From a virus: a stretch of DNA of 64,000 nucleotides. The position numbers and the translations under genes were made by a program. The number at the start of each line of letters is the position of its first letter. The first letter of the stretch is position 1. The notes under the pieces are model-generated. The model did not search any database. It saw only the letters and a program-made list of their open reading frames with translations, and was not told the origin of the DNA. Where the stretch lies: positions 11,535-75,534 of IMG/VR virus record IMGVR_UViG_3300036832_001149. One strand, 5' to 3'. Below are positions 17,722-27,577 of the stretch, in pieces.

Positions 17722-18149
17722 TGGTCACCAAGGCGAAGCCGAAGCTGGCCCAGTTGGCCCGGGGGAAAACTGTCACACCGGTGGTGCAGGATGCCGTTGT
17801 CGAGGAAGGCGATGGGCGGGGCAACCCGGTCCACCGTTTCGTGGCCCAGTTGCGGGAGAAGGACGGCATCAACTACCTGACCACCGCCGAGGTGGCCAAG
17901 ACGCTCGGTGTCTCGACCAACTGGGTCCGCAAGATCCAGCGACAGAAGATGTTCGGGGTGCCGAGCCTGGCCACCCAGTTGGGCCAGATCACCGTCTACC
18001 TCTACACGCCCGAGGACGTGGACAAGGTTCGCCGGTACCTGGCCGATCGACAGACCGTTTTTACCAACCCGGCCCAGGGACGGGCCGATTCATGGGAGGA
18101 CGTGGTGAGTCGCCGTGAGCGAACCCCGCAAGATGAAGATCGTCCGTAG
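17721..18149 (+). CDS. helix-turn-helix DNA-binding protein (MerR/excisionase-like)
   Basis: YLTTAEVAKTLGVSTNWVRK...LYTPEDV. Confidence 0.8.
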   Translation: MVTKAKPKLAQLARGKTVTPVVQDAVVEEGDGRGNPVHRFVAQLREKDGINYLTTAEVAKTLGVSTNWVRKIQRQKMFGVPSLATQLGQITVYLYTPEDVDKVRRYLADRQTVFTNPAQGRADSWEDVVSRRERTPQDEDRP

Positions 18150-18438
18150 TTCCGTCAGTGCGCCGAGGACGATCGAGGCCGAACCGGCCAAGGAAGTCGT
18201 CCGGCCGCTGGACGAGCAGGACTCGATCCAGCCGCTGCACTCGGGTGACCGGATCGAGTACGGGGTCACCCACGAACTGAGCGTGGACGGCGACAAGGCC
18301 TGGGTGCGCTACGGCGTCACCAGCACGCTGTCCGAGGGTGAGTCGGTCGAGGCGGCCAACCGCCGGGTGACCGAGTTCGTCAATGCAGTTGTCATGCAGT
18401 CCGCCACCGAGGTGGCTCAACAGATCATGCGAGGTTGA
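18115..18438 (+). CDS. hypothetical protein
   Basis: ORF track; GGAGG upstream. Confidence 0.7.
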   Translation: MSEPRKMKIVRSSVSAPRTIEAEPAKEVVRPLDEQDSIQPLHSGDRIEYGVTHELSVDGDKAWVRYGVTSTLSEGESVEAANRRVTEFVNAVVMQSATEVAQQIMRG

Positions 18439-19340
18439 TTAAATTGAAGTTCGGCAGACGTGTCGGCGAGGCTGGCATCACCAATCAGAGCGCCGCGACG
18501 GGGGATTGGCCCAAGAGCCTGCGCAAGGGCGAGACCCGGGTCCGGTTCCTGTCCGAGATCAGCGACTGGAACGAGTACTGGGAGCACTTCGACGATACGG
18601 TGAAGTTCTTCCCCTGCACCGGGGACAAGAGCACCTGCCCCGGCTGCACCAGCCCGGTCGAGCGCACGGCCAAGGCGTCCAAGCGCTACCTGGCCCCGGT
18701 CCTGGACCCCAAGACCGGCAAGGTCTGGGGATTGAAGATGGGGATCGACCTGGCTAACCGGATGAGCCTGCGCAGTGACCGCAACAACGGCACGGTGGTC
18801 AACCGGGACTACACCCTGATCCGCACCGGCGACGGCCTGGACACCGAGTACGACGTGGAGCAGGAGGAGATCGTCGCCATCAACCTGGACGTCTACCGCG
18901 AGTCCATCGACATGGACGAACTGTTGATGACCCAGTTCCTGGCCGCCTGGCCGGACGCCCCGGAGATGAACGGTAACCGGCCGAGCGCACCCCCGGTCAA
19001 GGCGACGGCCAAGGCCGCTCCCCGGGCCCCCCGGCAGCGCAAGCCCGAGCCGGAGGACGAGCCGACCGAGTCCCAGAAGATCACCGAGAACCTGCGGGCC
19101 AAGGCCAAGGCCAAGGCGGAGGCCGAACTGGCCAGTGATGAGCCCCCTTTTGAGCAGAAGGCCGGGGACGAGACCGACGCCTCCAGCGACGAGCAGACGG
19201 TGGAGATCACCGAGGAGGACCTGCGCAAGATGCCCCGGCAGGACCTGATCAAGCTGGCCCGGCAGGCCGACATCTCGATCACCCTGACGATGAGCCGGGA
19301 GGAGATCGTCAACCTCTTCCTGGACCAGTTCGCGGTCTGA
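18435..19340 (+). CDS. single-stranded DNA-binding protein (gp32-like) with C-terminal Rho_N-like helical domain
   Basis: VRFL...EHF...FPC....CPGC...RDY.L.RTG.GLDTEY; C-terminal LRKMPRQDLIKLAR. Confidence 0.7.
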   Translation: MIKLKFGRRVGEAGITNQSAATGDWPKSLRKGETRVRFLSEISDWNEYWEHFDDTVKFFPCTGDKSTCPGCTSPVERTAKASKRYLAPVLDPKTGKVWGLKMGIDLANRMSLRSDRNNGTVVNRDYTLIRTGDGLDTEYDVEQEEIVAINLDVYRESIDMDELLMTQFLAAWPDAPEMNGNRPSAPPVKATAKAAPRAPRQRKPEPEDEPTESQKITENLRAKAKAKAEAELASDEPPFEQKAGDETDASSDEQTVEITEEDLRKMPRQDLIKLARQADISITLTMSREEIVNLFLDQFAV

Positions 19341-19367
19341 CAGCGGGCCCGCGAGGAGTGGACTTCG

Positions 19368-19781
19368 ATGAAGTTCCGCAGGTGTGTGGTGTGCGGCCTG
19401 CTGGTGGCGGGCGGACAGGTCATGCACCGCTCCTGCGGGACCGTGGCATTCGAGCCATCGTCCATGAATGGACGCAATGACAACGAGGCTCAGCGCGATG
19501 GAGGGATAGCAGCGCTGCCTCGTTCGGGTACCAAACGCCGATTGATTTACGACGAGATCATCGCGGCTGAGCGTGAAGGTCGCATCAATGACGAACTGTG
19601 CGACGCAATCGATATCCCATACAACAGTGTCGGACCTCGGGTACGTGAACTGCGCGGCGCGAAGATTCTGGGGTCGGACCCGCCTCGGTATCACCCGATC
19701 CTGGTGAAGGACTCCGGTCGCAGACGTCCGGGGAAGTCTGGTGTCGGACAGATGATCTGGATAGGGGTGCAATACCAATGA
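19368..19781 (+). CDS. winged-helix DNA-binding-like protein
   Basis: DELCDAIDIPYNSVGPRVREL...DSGRRR...IW. Confidence 0.65.
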   Translation: MKFRRCVVCGLLVAGGQVMHRSCGTVAFEPSSMNGRNDNEAQRDGGIAALPRSGTKRRLIYDEIIAAEREGRINDELCDAIDIPYNSVGPRVRELRGAKILGSDPPRYHPILVKDSGRRRPGKSGVGQMIWIGVQYQ

Positions 19782-20071
19782 GGATGCTGGTCGACAGGGA
19801 GGATTGTCTGCTCTGTCCGAGGTGCGGTTTCGAGTACACGCACGTCGATCTGGTCACGGTGGCGGCCAGGCAGACCGAAGACGAGCAAGAGATCTTCTTT
19901 CAGATGGATAGCCGGGGAGGCGTCTCCGAGTACGTCGAAGCGCCGGTCGGGCGGCGTGTCGGCGACGGTCGCAGGCACCGGTTCGTGTTGCACGGGACCT
20001 GCGAGAACGGGTGCCGGTTCGCGCTCGTCTTCACCCAGCACAAGGGCATCACACTCGTGGAGGCGGTCTGA
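19778..20071 (+). CDS. hypothetical protein
   Basis: CPRCG...H...CENG...QHKG. Confidence 0.75.
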   Translation: MRMLVDREDCLLCPRCGFEYTHVDLVTVAARQTEDEQEIFFQMDSRGGVSEYVEAPVGRRVGDGRRHRFVLHGTCENGCRFALVFTQHKGITLVEAV

Positions 20072-20299
20072 ATGACCGAGGATCAGGACCCCGTTCAGGT
20101 AGCCCGGTTGCTGGCCTCGCTCAATGAACACCGGCATGTCATCCAGTTCCGGGACGACGGGTGGACCATCGCCCACCCGTTGCCCGAACGCCTGGACGGC
20201 TCGCTGTTCGACTGCCCGATGATCTGGCGGGACGACGACCCCGGCGTGCGTGGCCGCTTCTGGCTCGGTGAGGACGGCACGCTCGGGGGGCCTCTATGA
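20072..20299 (+). CDS. hypothetical protein
   Basis: operon packing; GGAGG. Confidence 0.7.
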   Translation: MTEDQDPVQVARLLASLNEHRHVIQFRDDGWTIAHPLPERLDGSLFDCPMIWRDDDPGVRGRFWLGEDGTLGGPL

Positions 20300-20541
20300 G
20301 GCTTCGCCGCAGACTGAACGACGCCGAGGTGCACATGTTCATGAACGCGCTCACCCCGGGCGTGGTGGTGGAGTACCTCGGCCGGGACCGGGTTCGTCTC
20401 ACCATGCCCGACGACTACTGGTACCCGTTGCGGGTGCGGCTCAAATACGGCAAGGAGCCGCACACCATCACGCTGAGCCGGACGCGCCACGGCGTGAAGA
20501 AGAACGTCTGGCGACTCATCGACGAAGGATTCATGCAATGA
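20296..20541 (+). CDS. hypothetical protein
   Basis: ATGA overlaps at both ends. Confidence 0.7.
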   Translation: MRLRRRLNDAEVHMFMNALTPGVVVEYLGRDRVRLTMPDDYWYPLRVRLKYGKEPHTITLSRTRHGVKKNVWRLIDEGFMQ

Positions 20542-23186
20542 GGTTCAGCCGACACTCCGACGAGGTCTTCGGACATCTGCACGTCCACTCGACCTACTCC
20601 AGTGGCGACGCCATCTCCTCGGTCGCCACCCTGGTCGCCCAGGCCACGGCCAACGGCCAGCCGATGCTGGGGCTGACCGACCACGGCAACATGTCCGGGG
20701 CGGTCAGCCTCTACACCGAGGCCATGAAGGCGGGCATCAGGCCGTTCATCGGCGAGGAGTTCTACATCGTGCGCGACCGGGCCGACAAGAAGGCCAAGCG
20801 CCACCATCTCGGGGTGTTGGCCACCACGTCGGAGGGCTACCGCAACATCGTCGCGCTGTCCTCGCGCAGCCACGCGCAGTTCTACCACAAGCCCCTGCTC
20901 GACCTGAACGATCTCGCTGAGATCGCCGATGACGGTCGGTTGCGGGGGCTTGTCGCGTTGTCCGGGTGCTACTCCGGGCTGCCGACCCAGGATCTGCTCA
21001 ACTACGGCGCGGACCAGGCCCGGACGATGCTGGGCTGCTACAGCCGGTGGTTCGACCAGGTCTACGTGGAACTGATGAACCACGGCATCATCTGGGACGA
21101 CCTGTCCACCGACGCCGACATCAACGACGCCCTGTTCGACCTGGCCCAGCAGATGGGGCTGCCGGTGCTGGTGACCGGGGACGTGCACTACTGCCATCCC
21201 GAGCAGAAGCACCTGCACGACTCGTTCAAGCGGCTGGTCTCCTACGGCTCGGGTGATGACGACGGGGTGTTCCGGGGCGCGGGCTACTACCTGGCCGACA
21301 CCCCGACGATGAAGAAGGCCCATCCCGCCGCACACTGGATTCAGGGATTGGCCGGGGCGAAGGACATACAACAGCGGTGGGACCTGTCGATTCCGCAACT
21401 GGACCACTACTCCTACCGGGTTCCCATCATCTCGGCCGACCCGGTGGCCGAACTCCGCAAGAGGGTTGGGGGCCACGCCGGGGAGCAGCACCTACAACTG
21501 CTGGACGAGGAACTCGGCGTCATCGAGAAGACCGGCATGTCCGGCTACATGCTGCTGGTGGCCGAGGTGACCGACTACCTGCGCGAGCAGGGCATCATCT
21601 ACCAGGTCCGGGGCTCGGCCTCGGGCAGCCTGGTCTGCTACCGGCTGGGGATCACCGCCGTGGACCCGGTCGCCCGCAAGCTGCGCTACGAGCGGTTCAT
21701 CAGCACCGACCGGACCAAGCCACCGGACATCGACATCGACGTGGACTTCCTGCGCCGGGGTGAGGTGCTGGACTGGCTGCGGGAGCACTTCTCGGTGCAC
21801 CAGATCGGCACCTACCTCGACCTCGGGCTCACCGACGGCGAGGACGGCAAGGGCAGCCTGGTGGTGAAGTACATGGCCAAGTCCCGGGCCAAAGGCCTGT
21901 TGATCTCCTGGGACCAGGTCCCGGAGGAGGACAAGATCACGCTGGCGGCGTTGGCCAACATCAAGGTCAACTCCGGCTACGGGGTGCACGCGGCCGGGCT
22001 GGTGCTGACCACGTCGGAGGCCGAGTTCGCCACCCTGGTGCCGACCATGTTCGTGGCCTCGTCCAAGACCACGGTCAGCCAGTACACGATGGGCGACGTC
22101 GAGCGGCTCGGGCTGGTCAAGCTGGACCTGCTCGGGCTGCGGGCGCTGTCGACCATCCGGGGCTGCCTGGAGAACATCGACCGTGATCCCCGGGCCGGGC
22201 TGGACTGGATACCGGAGAACGACGCCGAGACGCTGAACACGGTCCGCCGGGGCGACACCGTCGGGGTGTTCCAGTTCGACGGCTACACCAACCGGCGCGG
22301 GGCCAGGGACATGCGGGTCACCAACCTGGACGACATCATCGCGGTGATGGCGCTGTACCGCCCGGCGGTGATGGGCAGCGGCGGCACGGCCGAGTACCTG
22401 GCCCGCCGCTTCGGCAAGCACAAGGTGCCCACCCTGCACCCGGTGCTGGCCGCCTCGCTGCACGACACGCACGGGTTGGTCGTCTTCCAGGAGCAGGTCA
22501 TCGACATCCTGCGGGCGCTCGGGATGAACCCGGACGACCTGACCGCGCTGCTGAAGGCGGTGAAGGCGTCCAACAACAACGTGGTCGCCGCCGCCGAGGT
22601 GATCGCCTCCTACGGCAGCCAGGTGTTCACGATGGCCGACAAGGCCGGGGTGCCCGAGGCCGAGGCCAACCTGCTGTGGCGCGCCATCGAGGGCTATGCC
22701 GACTATGGGTTCAACCGGGCCCACGCCACCGTCTACGGGCTGACGGCCTACCGCACGGCCTACCTGAAGACCCACCACACGGTGGCCTACTTCGCCGCCC
22801 TGCTGTCCAGCTTCGAGGGGACCAAGGAGAAGGAGCCGTTCTACCGCAGCGACGCCCGCAACCACGGGGTGCGCATCCGCCCGGCGGTGATCAACGTCAG
22901 CAACGTCTCCTACACCTACGACCGGTCCACCGGGACGGTGCGGCGTGGGCTGTGCTCGATCAAGGGGATCGGGGTCAAGGCGGCCGAACACCTGGCCGCC
23001 CACGGTCCCTACACCTCGCTGGCCGACCTCATCGCCAAGTGCGGCACCAAGCCGGTGACCGGGGGCAAGGACTACCTGCGGACCGGGTTGCTGACCGATC
23101 TGTGCGGAACCCTGGAGGTCCTGTACCTGTCCGGGGCGCTGGACGACCTGGACCTGATGCTGCCCGAACCGGTGGTGAAGGCATGA
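20538..23186 (+). CDS. dnaE: DNA polymerase III alpha subunit (DnaE-like, family C), 882 aa
   Basis: PHP HLHVHSTYS/TDHG/GDVHY; RGSASGS; PDIDID; KLDLLGL; YGFNRAHA. Confidence 0.95.
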   Translation: MRFSRHSDEVFGHLHVHSTYSSGDAISSVATLVAQATANGQPMLGLTDHGNMSGAVSLYTEAMKAGIRPFIGEEFYIVRDRADKKAKRHHLGVLATTSEGYRNIVALSSRSHAQFYHKPLLDLNDLAEIADDGRLRGLVALSGCYSGLPTQDLLNYGADQARTMLGCYSRWFDQVYVELMNHGIIWDDLSTDADINDALFDLAQQMGLPVLVTGDVHYCHPEQKHLHDSFKRLVSYGSGDDDGVFRGAGYYLADTPTMKKAHPAAHWIQGLAGAKDIQQRWDLSIPQLDHYSYRVPIISADPVAELRKRVGGHAGEQHLQLLDEELGVIEKTGMSGYMLLVAEVTDYLREQGIIYQVRGSASGSLVCYRLGITAVDPVARKLRYERFISTDRTKPPDIDIDVDFLRRGEVLDWLREHFSVHQIGTYLDLGLTDGEDGKGSLVVKYMAKSRAKGLLISWDQVPEEDKITLAALANIKVNSGYGVHAAGLVLTTSEAEFATLVPTMFVASSKTTVSQYTMGDVERLGLVKLDLLGLRALSTIRGCLENIDRDPRAGLDWIPENDAETLNTVRRGDTVGVFQFDGYTNRRGARDMRVTNLDDIIAVMALYRPAVMGSGGTAEYLARRFGKHKVPTLHPVLAASLHDTHGLVVFQEQVIDILRALGMNPDDLTALLKAVKASNNNVVAAAEVIASYGSQVFTMADKAGVPEAEANLLWRAIEGYADYGFNRAHATVYGLTAYRTAYLKTHHTVAYFAALLSSFEGTKEKEPFYRSDARNHGVRIRPAVINVSNVSYTYDRSTGTVRRGLCSIKGIGVKAAEHLAAHGPYTSLADLIAKCGTKPVTGGKDYLRTGLLTDLCGTLEVLYLSGALDDLDLMLPEPVVKA

Positions 23187-23680
23187 GCAGCCATGCCTAC
23201 CGGGTGGCCCGGGAACGGTCCGACGGGCGGTGCGAGGTGATGGTCAGCACCGGGTTGATCTGGGACCGCTGCCCGCACGACGCCACCGACGTGCACCATG
23301 CGCTGCCCCGCTCGCGCGGCGGCCTGCTGCTGGACCTGGCCAAGGAGAGCTACCACCTGATCTGCGTCTGTCGGGGCCATCACAGCCTCGCCCACGGCAA
23401 CCCGACGAAGGCCATCTACAGCGGGTTGACCATCGAGGGATTCGTGGTCACGGACAAGAACACGCTTCGGCCGGTCTACACCGGGCCCGATCACTTCCTG
23501 AGCCAGAGGTACGGACCGAACAGAGGGACGAACCATGTCATTGAAGAAGCTGTTGGCGGTGGATCTGCCCATCACACCGCGCCACGACCGCTGGCTGGGC
23601 CTGCACGCCGACGACCCGCTGCCGAAGTGGGTCGCGGACTGGGTCGCCGGGCAACTGATCACGCCCCAGAGAAACCGTGA
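23183..23680 (+). CDS. HNH endonuclease
   Basis: GRCE...C...ATDVHHALPRSRGG...CVCRGHH..AH; the 3' end overlaps the next gene by 146 nt. Confidence 0.8.
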   Translation: MSSHAYRVARERSDGRCEVMVSTGLIWDRCPHDATDVHHALPRSRGGLLLDLAKESYHLICVCRGHHSLAHGNPTKAIYSGLTIEGFVVTDKNTLRPVYTGPDHFLSQRYGPNRGTNHVIEEAVGGGSAHHTAPRPLAGPARRRPAAEVGRGLGRRATDHAPEKP

Positions 23681-24317
23681 CGCCACCTTCTCGGCCTCCT
23701 CGACCGGGCGGTGCGAGCGCCAGCAGGTGCTGCGCTTCCTGGCCCATCCGGTGTCCGAGAGCTACGACCCGCAGTTGAACCACCGGTTCCAGGTCGGGGA
23801 CTGGGGCCATCTGCGGTGGCAGGCCCAGGGGCTGTCGGCCGGGTGGCTGGCCCGGGCCGAGGTGCCGGTGCGGCTGGACGAGTTCGACATGTCCGGGACG
23901 ATGGACGGCCTGCTCGACACCGGGGAGGGCTTCGAGTTCAAGACGATCAACCATCCCGGGTTCAACACGGTGATGAAGGACAAGGCCCCGAAGTACGACC
24001 ACGTCCTGCAGGTCACCGCCTACATGATGGCGACCGGGATCAAGCGGTTCTCGATCGTCTACGAGTCGACATTCTCCGGGGAGTGGAAGGAGTTCGTCGT
24101 CGAGCACAGCCCGGAACTGGAGTCCCTGGTCATCGAGGCGCTGGAGCGGATGGCCCGGTCCCGGGCGGACCGGGTGCTGCCCCCGGTGCGCAGCGAGTGC
24201 GAGGACAAGGTGGGCACCGTCTACGCCCAGTGCCCGTACCGCAAGGACTGCCTGACCTGGCACCGGGGAGGTGTGACATGGCCGAGTCGGACGCTGCGCA
24301 TCCCGATCGAAGTCTGA
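23535..24317 (+). CDS. Cas4-like PD-(D/E)xK exonuclease
   Basis: SASS.GRC, G..GH, GTMDG, EFKT, QVTAYM, C-terminal C..C.Y..C. Confidence 0.85.
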   Translation: MSLKKLLAVDLPITPRHDRWLGLHADDPLPKWVADWVAGQLITPQRNRDATFSASSTGRCERQQVLRFLAHPVSESYDPQLNHRFQVGDWGHLRWQAQGLSAGWLARAEVPVRLDEFDMSGTMDGLLDTGEGFEFKTINHPGFNTVMKDKAPKYDHVLQVTAYMMATGIKRFSIVYESTFSGEWKEFVVEHSPELESLVIEALERMARSRADRVLPPVRSECEDKVGTVYAQCPYRKDCLTWHRGGVTWPSRTLRIPIEV

Positions 24318-24721
24318 CCATCCCGGTCCGGCACCGCCGGATGGCGATGACCCGACGGCTGCGGGACGTGCCGCTGGCCATCGGGCTGCCGACCCTGGAG
24401 GAGTTGGAGGATGAGTTCTTCGGCTACGTGGACGTCCTGCTCGGCCGCCAGGAACCACCCATCGACAACGGCATCATGACGCTGATGGAGGTGTCCGATG
24501 CCTATCTGGCCCGGGGCTACGAGGTGGAGATGATGATCCTGGCCGCCGAGCGCAGCAAGGACATCATGCGTTCCAGCCCGTACTCCAAGTTCCGCACCGG
24601 CGAACTGCGCAGCTTCATCGAACTGGCCCGCAAGGCGACCGACCTGGGCTCGCGCCGGTTGACGATGGCCCGGCTGGAGCACGACATGAAGGGCGACATG
24701 GGCATGGTGGAGCGCTCGTGA
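24278..24721 (+). CDS. hypothetical protein
   Basis: GGAGG RBS; coding-like codon usage. Confidence 0.75.
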   Translation: MAESDAAHPDRSLTIPVRHRRMAMTRRLRDVPLAIGLPTLEELEDEFFGYVDVLLGRQEPPIDNGIMTLMEVSDAYLARGYEVEMMILAAERSKDIMRSSPYSKFRTGELRSFIELARKATDLGSRRLTMARLEHDMKGDMGMVERS

Positions 24722-25239
24722 TCTGCATCGGCATCGACCCGGCCAAGTGGGGTTTCGACGCGATCTCACTGGCCGACGAGCACATCGTGGACAAGCGCAC
24801 GTTCCTGTCGGACATGAATACCACCTACAAACTACCGGCAACCTCGTTGCAGTTGGTCAAGTCCTCGATCCGAATGATGATGGATAAAGCGATGCGGCAG
24901 AATCACGCCGTGGCCGTGTTCTGCGAGGAGCCGGTGGCGGCCGGGGCGCGCAACCTGCGTACCTACGGCCAGTTGGCGATGACGGTGGGGGCGATCATCA
25001 GTGCGGTAGCCGAATACACTCCGCGTTGCTATTTAGTTCCGGTAGCCAAGTGGAAAATGAATACGGTGGGTAAGGGGAACGCATCGAAGACAGAGGTTGG
25101 ACTCTGGCTCAATCAGACACACCCGAGATACGCTGCGGCCTGTGGTGGCCGCCAAGACCTCATTGATGCCTGTTGCATATCGCTCTACGGGATCGGTGTA
25201 CTCGCCGACGCAGAGAGCTTCACCCCGCAGCCGGAGTGA
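24718..25239 (+). CDS. RuvC-like Holliday junction resolvase
   Basis: IGIDP, EEP, WK...GKGNASK, DA. Confidence 0.85.
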   Translation: MICIGIDPAKWGFDAISLADEHIVDKRTFLSDMNTTYKLPATSLQLVKSSIRMMMDKAMRQNHAVAVFCEEPVAAGARNLRTYGQLAMTVGAIISAVAEYTPRCYLVPVAKWKMNTVGKGNASKTEVGLWLNQTHPRYAAACGGRQDLIDACCISLYGIGVLADAESFTPQPE

Positions 25240-25249
25240 TGCGGTCGGC

Positions 25250-25708
25250 TTGTTCACCGGTCAGTGGAACTATCCGAACTGGTATGACCAGGGAAGCTGT
25301 CTGGACCTTCCATTGGCGATGTTCTTCGGCGAGGAGAACGAGACCGACACCCAGTTGATCGGACCCAGCGTCCTGCATCGGGCCCAACGGATATGCGCAG
25401 GCTGTCCGGTACAGGCGCAGTGCCTGACGTACTCACTGGACAAACACATCCTGCACGGGATCTGGGCCGGGACATCCGGCCGGACCCGGGCCCGGATCTG
25501 GGCGATGGAACGACGGGGCGAGGTCACCCGGACCGAGGTCCTCGACGACTTCGCCAGCGGCAACGGAGAGCGCTACGAGAAGCTCCCGCGCCGTCGGTCA
25601 ACTGGAGACGTCACGTTCGATCAGCCGGTAGATGCTGGTCTTGGACAGGTCGGCCAGAGCTTCCGGGGCCACCTTGAACCCCGTGTAGGGCAGCCACTCC
25701 ACCCGTAG
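25250..25708 (+). CDS. whiB: WhiB-family transcription factor (start TTG 25250 inferred)
   Basis: C...FF...ICAGCPVQAQC...GIWAGTSGRTR. Confidence 0.85.
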   Translation: MFTGQWNYPNWYDQGSCLDLPLAMFFGEENETDTQLIGPSVLHRAQRICAGCPVQAQCLTYSLDKHILHGIWAGTSGRTRARIWAMERRGEVTRTEVLDDFASGNGERYEKLPRRRSTGDVTFDQPVDAGLGQVGQSFRGHLEPRVGQPLHP

Positions 25709-25879
25709 CGGGCGCAGCGACATCACCTGATACCACGCCTTGTCCCCCTTGCCCGGCCCGACCTGGATCGGGAAGACGGCCCCGACGATCTCGCCGTACG
25801 CCAGCATCCGGGTCCGCGCCCGCGCCTCATCCAGGGTGAGAACGGTGTTGTCCGACGCCTGGGCCGTGATCACTGTCAT
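25598..25879 (-). CDS. hypothetical protein
   Basis: 93-aa ORF; convergent overlap with whiB. Confidence 0.55.
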   Translation of the reverse strand: MTVITAQASDNTVLTLDEARARTRMLAYGEIVGAVFPIQVGPGKGDKAWYQVMSLRPLRVEWLPYTGFKVAPEALADLSKTSIYRLIERDVSS

Positions 25880-25950
25880 GCCCCAATATTGACAGAAAAC
25901 GATTAATCCCTCTACGAGAGATTCAGCCAGGAAGGGGGTACACAGAGAAC

Positions 25951-26106
25951 ATGCTCATCCTCGGTGTGATCCTGCTGGTCCTCGGCTTCGTGCTCGGTAT
26001 CTCGATCCTGTGGATCATCGGGATACTGCTGGTCATCGTCGGTGCGGTGCTCTGGCTGCTGGGCGGCACCGGCCGCCCGGTCGGCGGTCGCCGCTATTGG
26101 TATTGA
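25951..26106 (+). CDS. DUF6131-like small membrane protein (51 aa, not in ORF track)
   Basis: MLILGVILLVLGFVLGISILWIIGILLVIVGAVLWLLGGTGRPVGGRRYWY. Confidence 0.8.
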   Translation: MLILGVILLVLGFVLGISILWIIGILLVIVGAVLWLLGGTGRPVGGRRYWY

Positions 26107-26128
26107 CGCTGCGCCGCCTGCAGCACAA

Positions 26129-26170
26129 AGGACCCACTCCGGATCAAATGGAGTGGGTCCTCTGCTTTTC
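26129..26170 (+). terminator. terminator
   Basis: AGGACCCACTCC/GGAGTGGGTCCT followed by CTGCTTTT. Confidence 0.65.
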
Positions 26171-26258
26171 AGGACTCAGGATGGCACGGGGGGGCAACAA
26201 CCCTGAGCACATTCCAGGGTACGTCCGTTTGGGACCGGGAGGCTTTATCCTCACCCGT

Positions 26259-26873
26259 GTGGAATCTGTGGAATCCGGTGACGAGCAGCAGAGCAACCGG
26301 GTCCTCCGATTGGTGCTGCGCCGCCCGGATGCGGAGGCCCAGGTCGAGGAGTTGGCCGCCATCCCGGACGGCTTCGACAAGATCTTCACCAAGCCCTACT
26401 ACGCCCACCAGTTGCGGCTGGCCGGGCACGACTGGGTCTGGATCGCGGCCAAGATCGGCTACAAGACCCCGTACACGGCCGAGGCGGCGGTGCGCCGCTG
26501 GCTGACCAAGAAGGTCGAGGGCAAGCACCTGCCCAACACCCGGGCGATGTTGCAAGCCGAGGCGGTCAAGCTCGACCTGGACCGGTTGGACCGGCTGATG
26601 GCCGCCTACTGGGACGAGGCGATCGGCGGTGACCTGGACTCGGCCAAGTACGTGCTCCAGGTGATCGCCCAACGGGCCAAGCATCTCGCGCCGGATAACG
26701 CTGGCGGGGTCGCGGCCGTCACCGCCCAGTTCAACACCCTGGTCGTGGGCGGGTCGGAGACGGAGTATGTCGGGGCCCTGCTGCGGGCCCGGGATTCCCT
26801 GGGCCCGGCCCACCGGTCGACCGAGCCGGATGACGAGCCGCGCGTGGTGGACTTGGAACCGGTGAAGGAGTGA
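26259..26873 (+). CDS. terminase small subunit-like HTH protein
   Basis: LRLAG..W..IAAKIGY; LDRLDRL...W..A..GD......VL....RAK.L; TATCCT -10 just upstream of GTG. Confidence 0.7.
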   Translation: MESVESGDEQQSNRVLRLVLRRPDAEAQVEELAAIPDGFDKIFTKPYYAHQLRLAGHDWVWIAAKIGYKTPYTAEAAVRRWLTKKVEGKHLPNTRAMLQAEAVKLDLDRLDRLMAAYWDEAIGGDLDSAKYVLQVIAQRAKHLAPDNAGGVAAVTAQFNTLVVGGSETEYVGALLRARDSLGPAHRSTEPDDEPRVVDLEPVKE

Positions 26874-26877
26874 TGAC

Positions 26878-27576
26878 ATGGGCAATCTGCACACCCCGCT
26901 GACCAACACCCCGGTCGTGGACTGGACCGATACCGCCGTCGGCCCGGACGTGCCGCAGTCGATGATGAACGCGCTCGGCTCACTGGAGCGCTACGCCAAC
27001 GTCCCGGTCCCGGACGCGCCCACCCGCGAGACCCTGATGCCGACGGCGCAGCGCTACGTCGGCCAGGTCACCTACAACGTGGCGACCGACACCTTCGAGT
27101 ACTGGAACGGCACGAAGTGGAACGCGCTCAACCGGGCGGCCACGCTACCCGGCACGATCCACACCATGAGTTATCCGGGAGTTGTCCTCCAACCCAACGC
27201 CTACTACGACTACCGGGTCGCGGTGAATATCACCTCGCCCTGCGTCGTGGTGATCTGGGGCAAGATCGGTGGTTACACCAATATCGGCCCTGGTCAGTGG
27301 GGCGGCCTGCTCATCCAGATGTTGCACAACGAGGGGGTGTGGGCCAATCACGGAGGAGTGAACGCCTTCTACCCGGCCAGCTACGGTGGTGGCCAGTTGG
27401 ACCTCGGAAGTTGGGGGCGCTGGGTCTGTGATCCGGGTGCGCACACGTTCGGGGTACGGGCCGTGGCCCAGGGGGGAAGCAACGCCGTCTATCTAGGTTT
27501 GACGAGTGTGATGTTGATGAAGGTCTCCGGGGTGGCCAACAGCGCGGCCGGGGTCAACGCCTACGGGGACTGGTGA
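26878..27576 (+). CDS. virion fibre or minor structural protein
   Basis: GQVTYNVATDTFEYWNGTKW motif followed by a beta-rich domain. Confidence 0.7.
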   Translation: MGNLHTPLTNTPVVDWTDTAVGPDVPQSMMNALGSLERYANVPVPDAPTRETLMPTAQRYVGQVTYNVATDTFEYWNGTKWNALNRAATLPGTIHTMSYPGVVLQPNAYYDYRVAVNITSPCVVVIWGKIGGYTNIGPGQWGGLLIQMLHNEGVWANHGGVNAFYPASYGGGQLDLGSWGRWVCDPGAHTFGVRAVAQGGSNAVYLGLTSVMLMKVSGVANSAAGVNAYGDW

Positions 27577-27577
27577 G

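Noticed and set aside
23535-24317. Cas4-like gene as evidence of CRISPR-Cas
   Set aside because: No cas1/cas2 and no repeat-spacer array in the window; solo Cas4-like exonucleases are common in phage replication modules.
25915-25950. SigB/SigF-type GGGTAC promoter before the DUF6131-like gene
   Set aside because: The -10 looks right, but spacing to the only -35 candidate (GATT) is too short to call.
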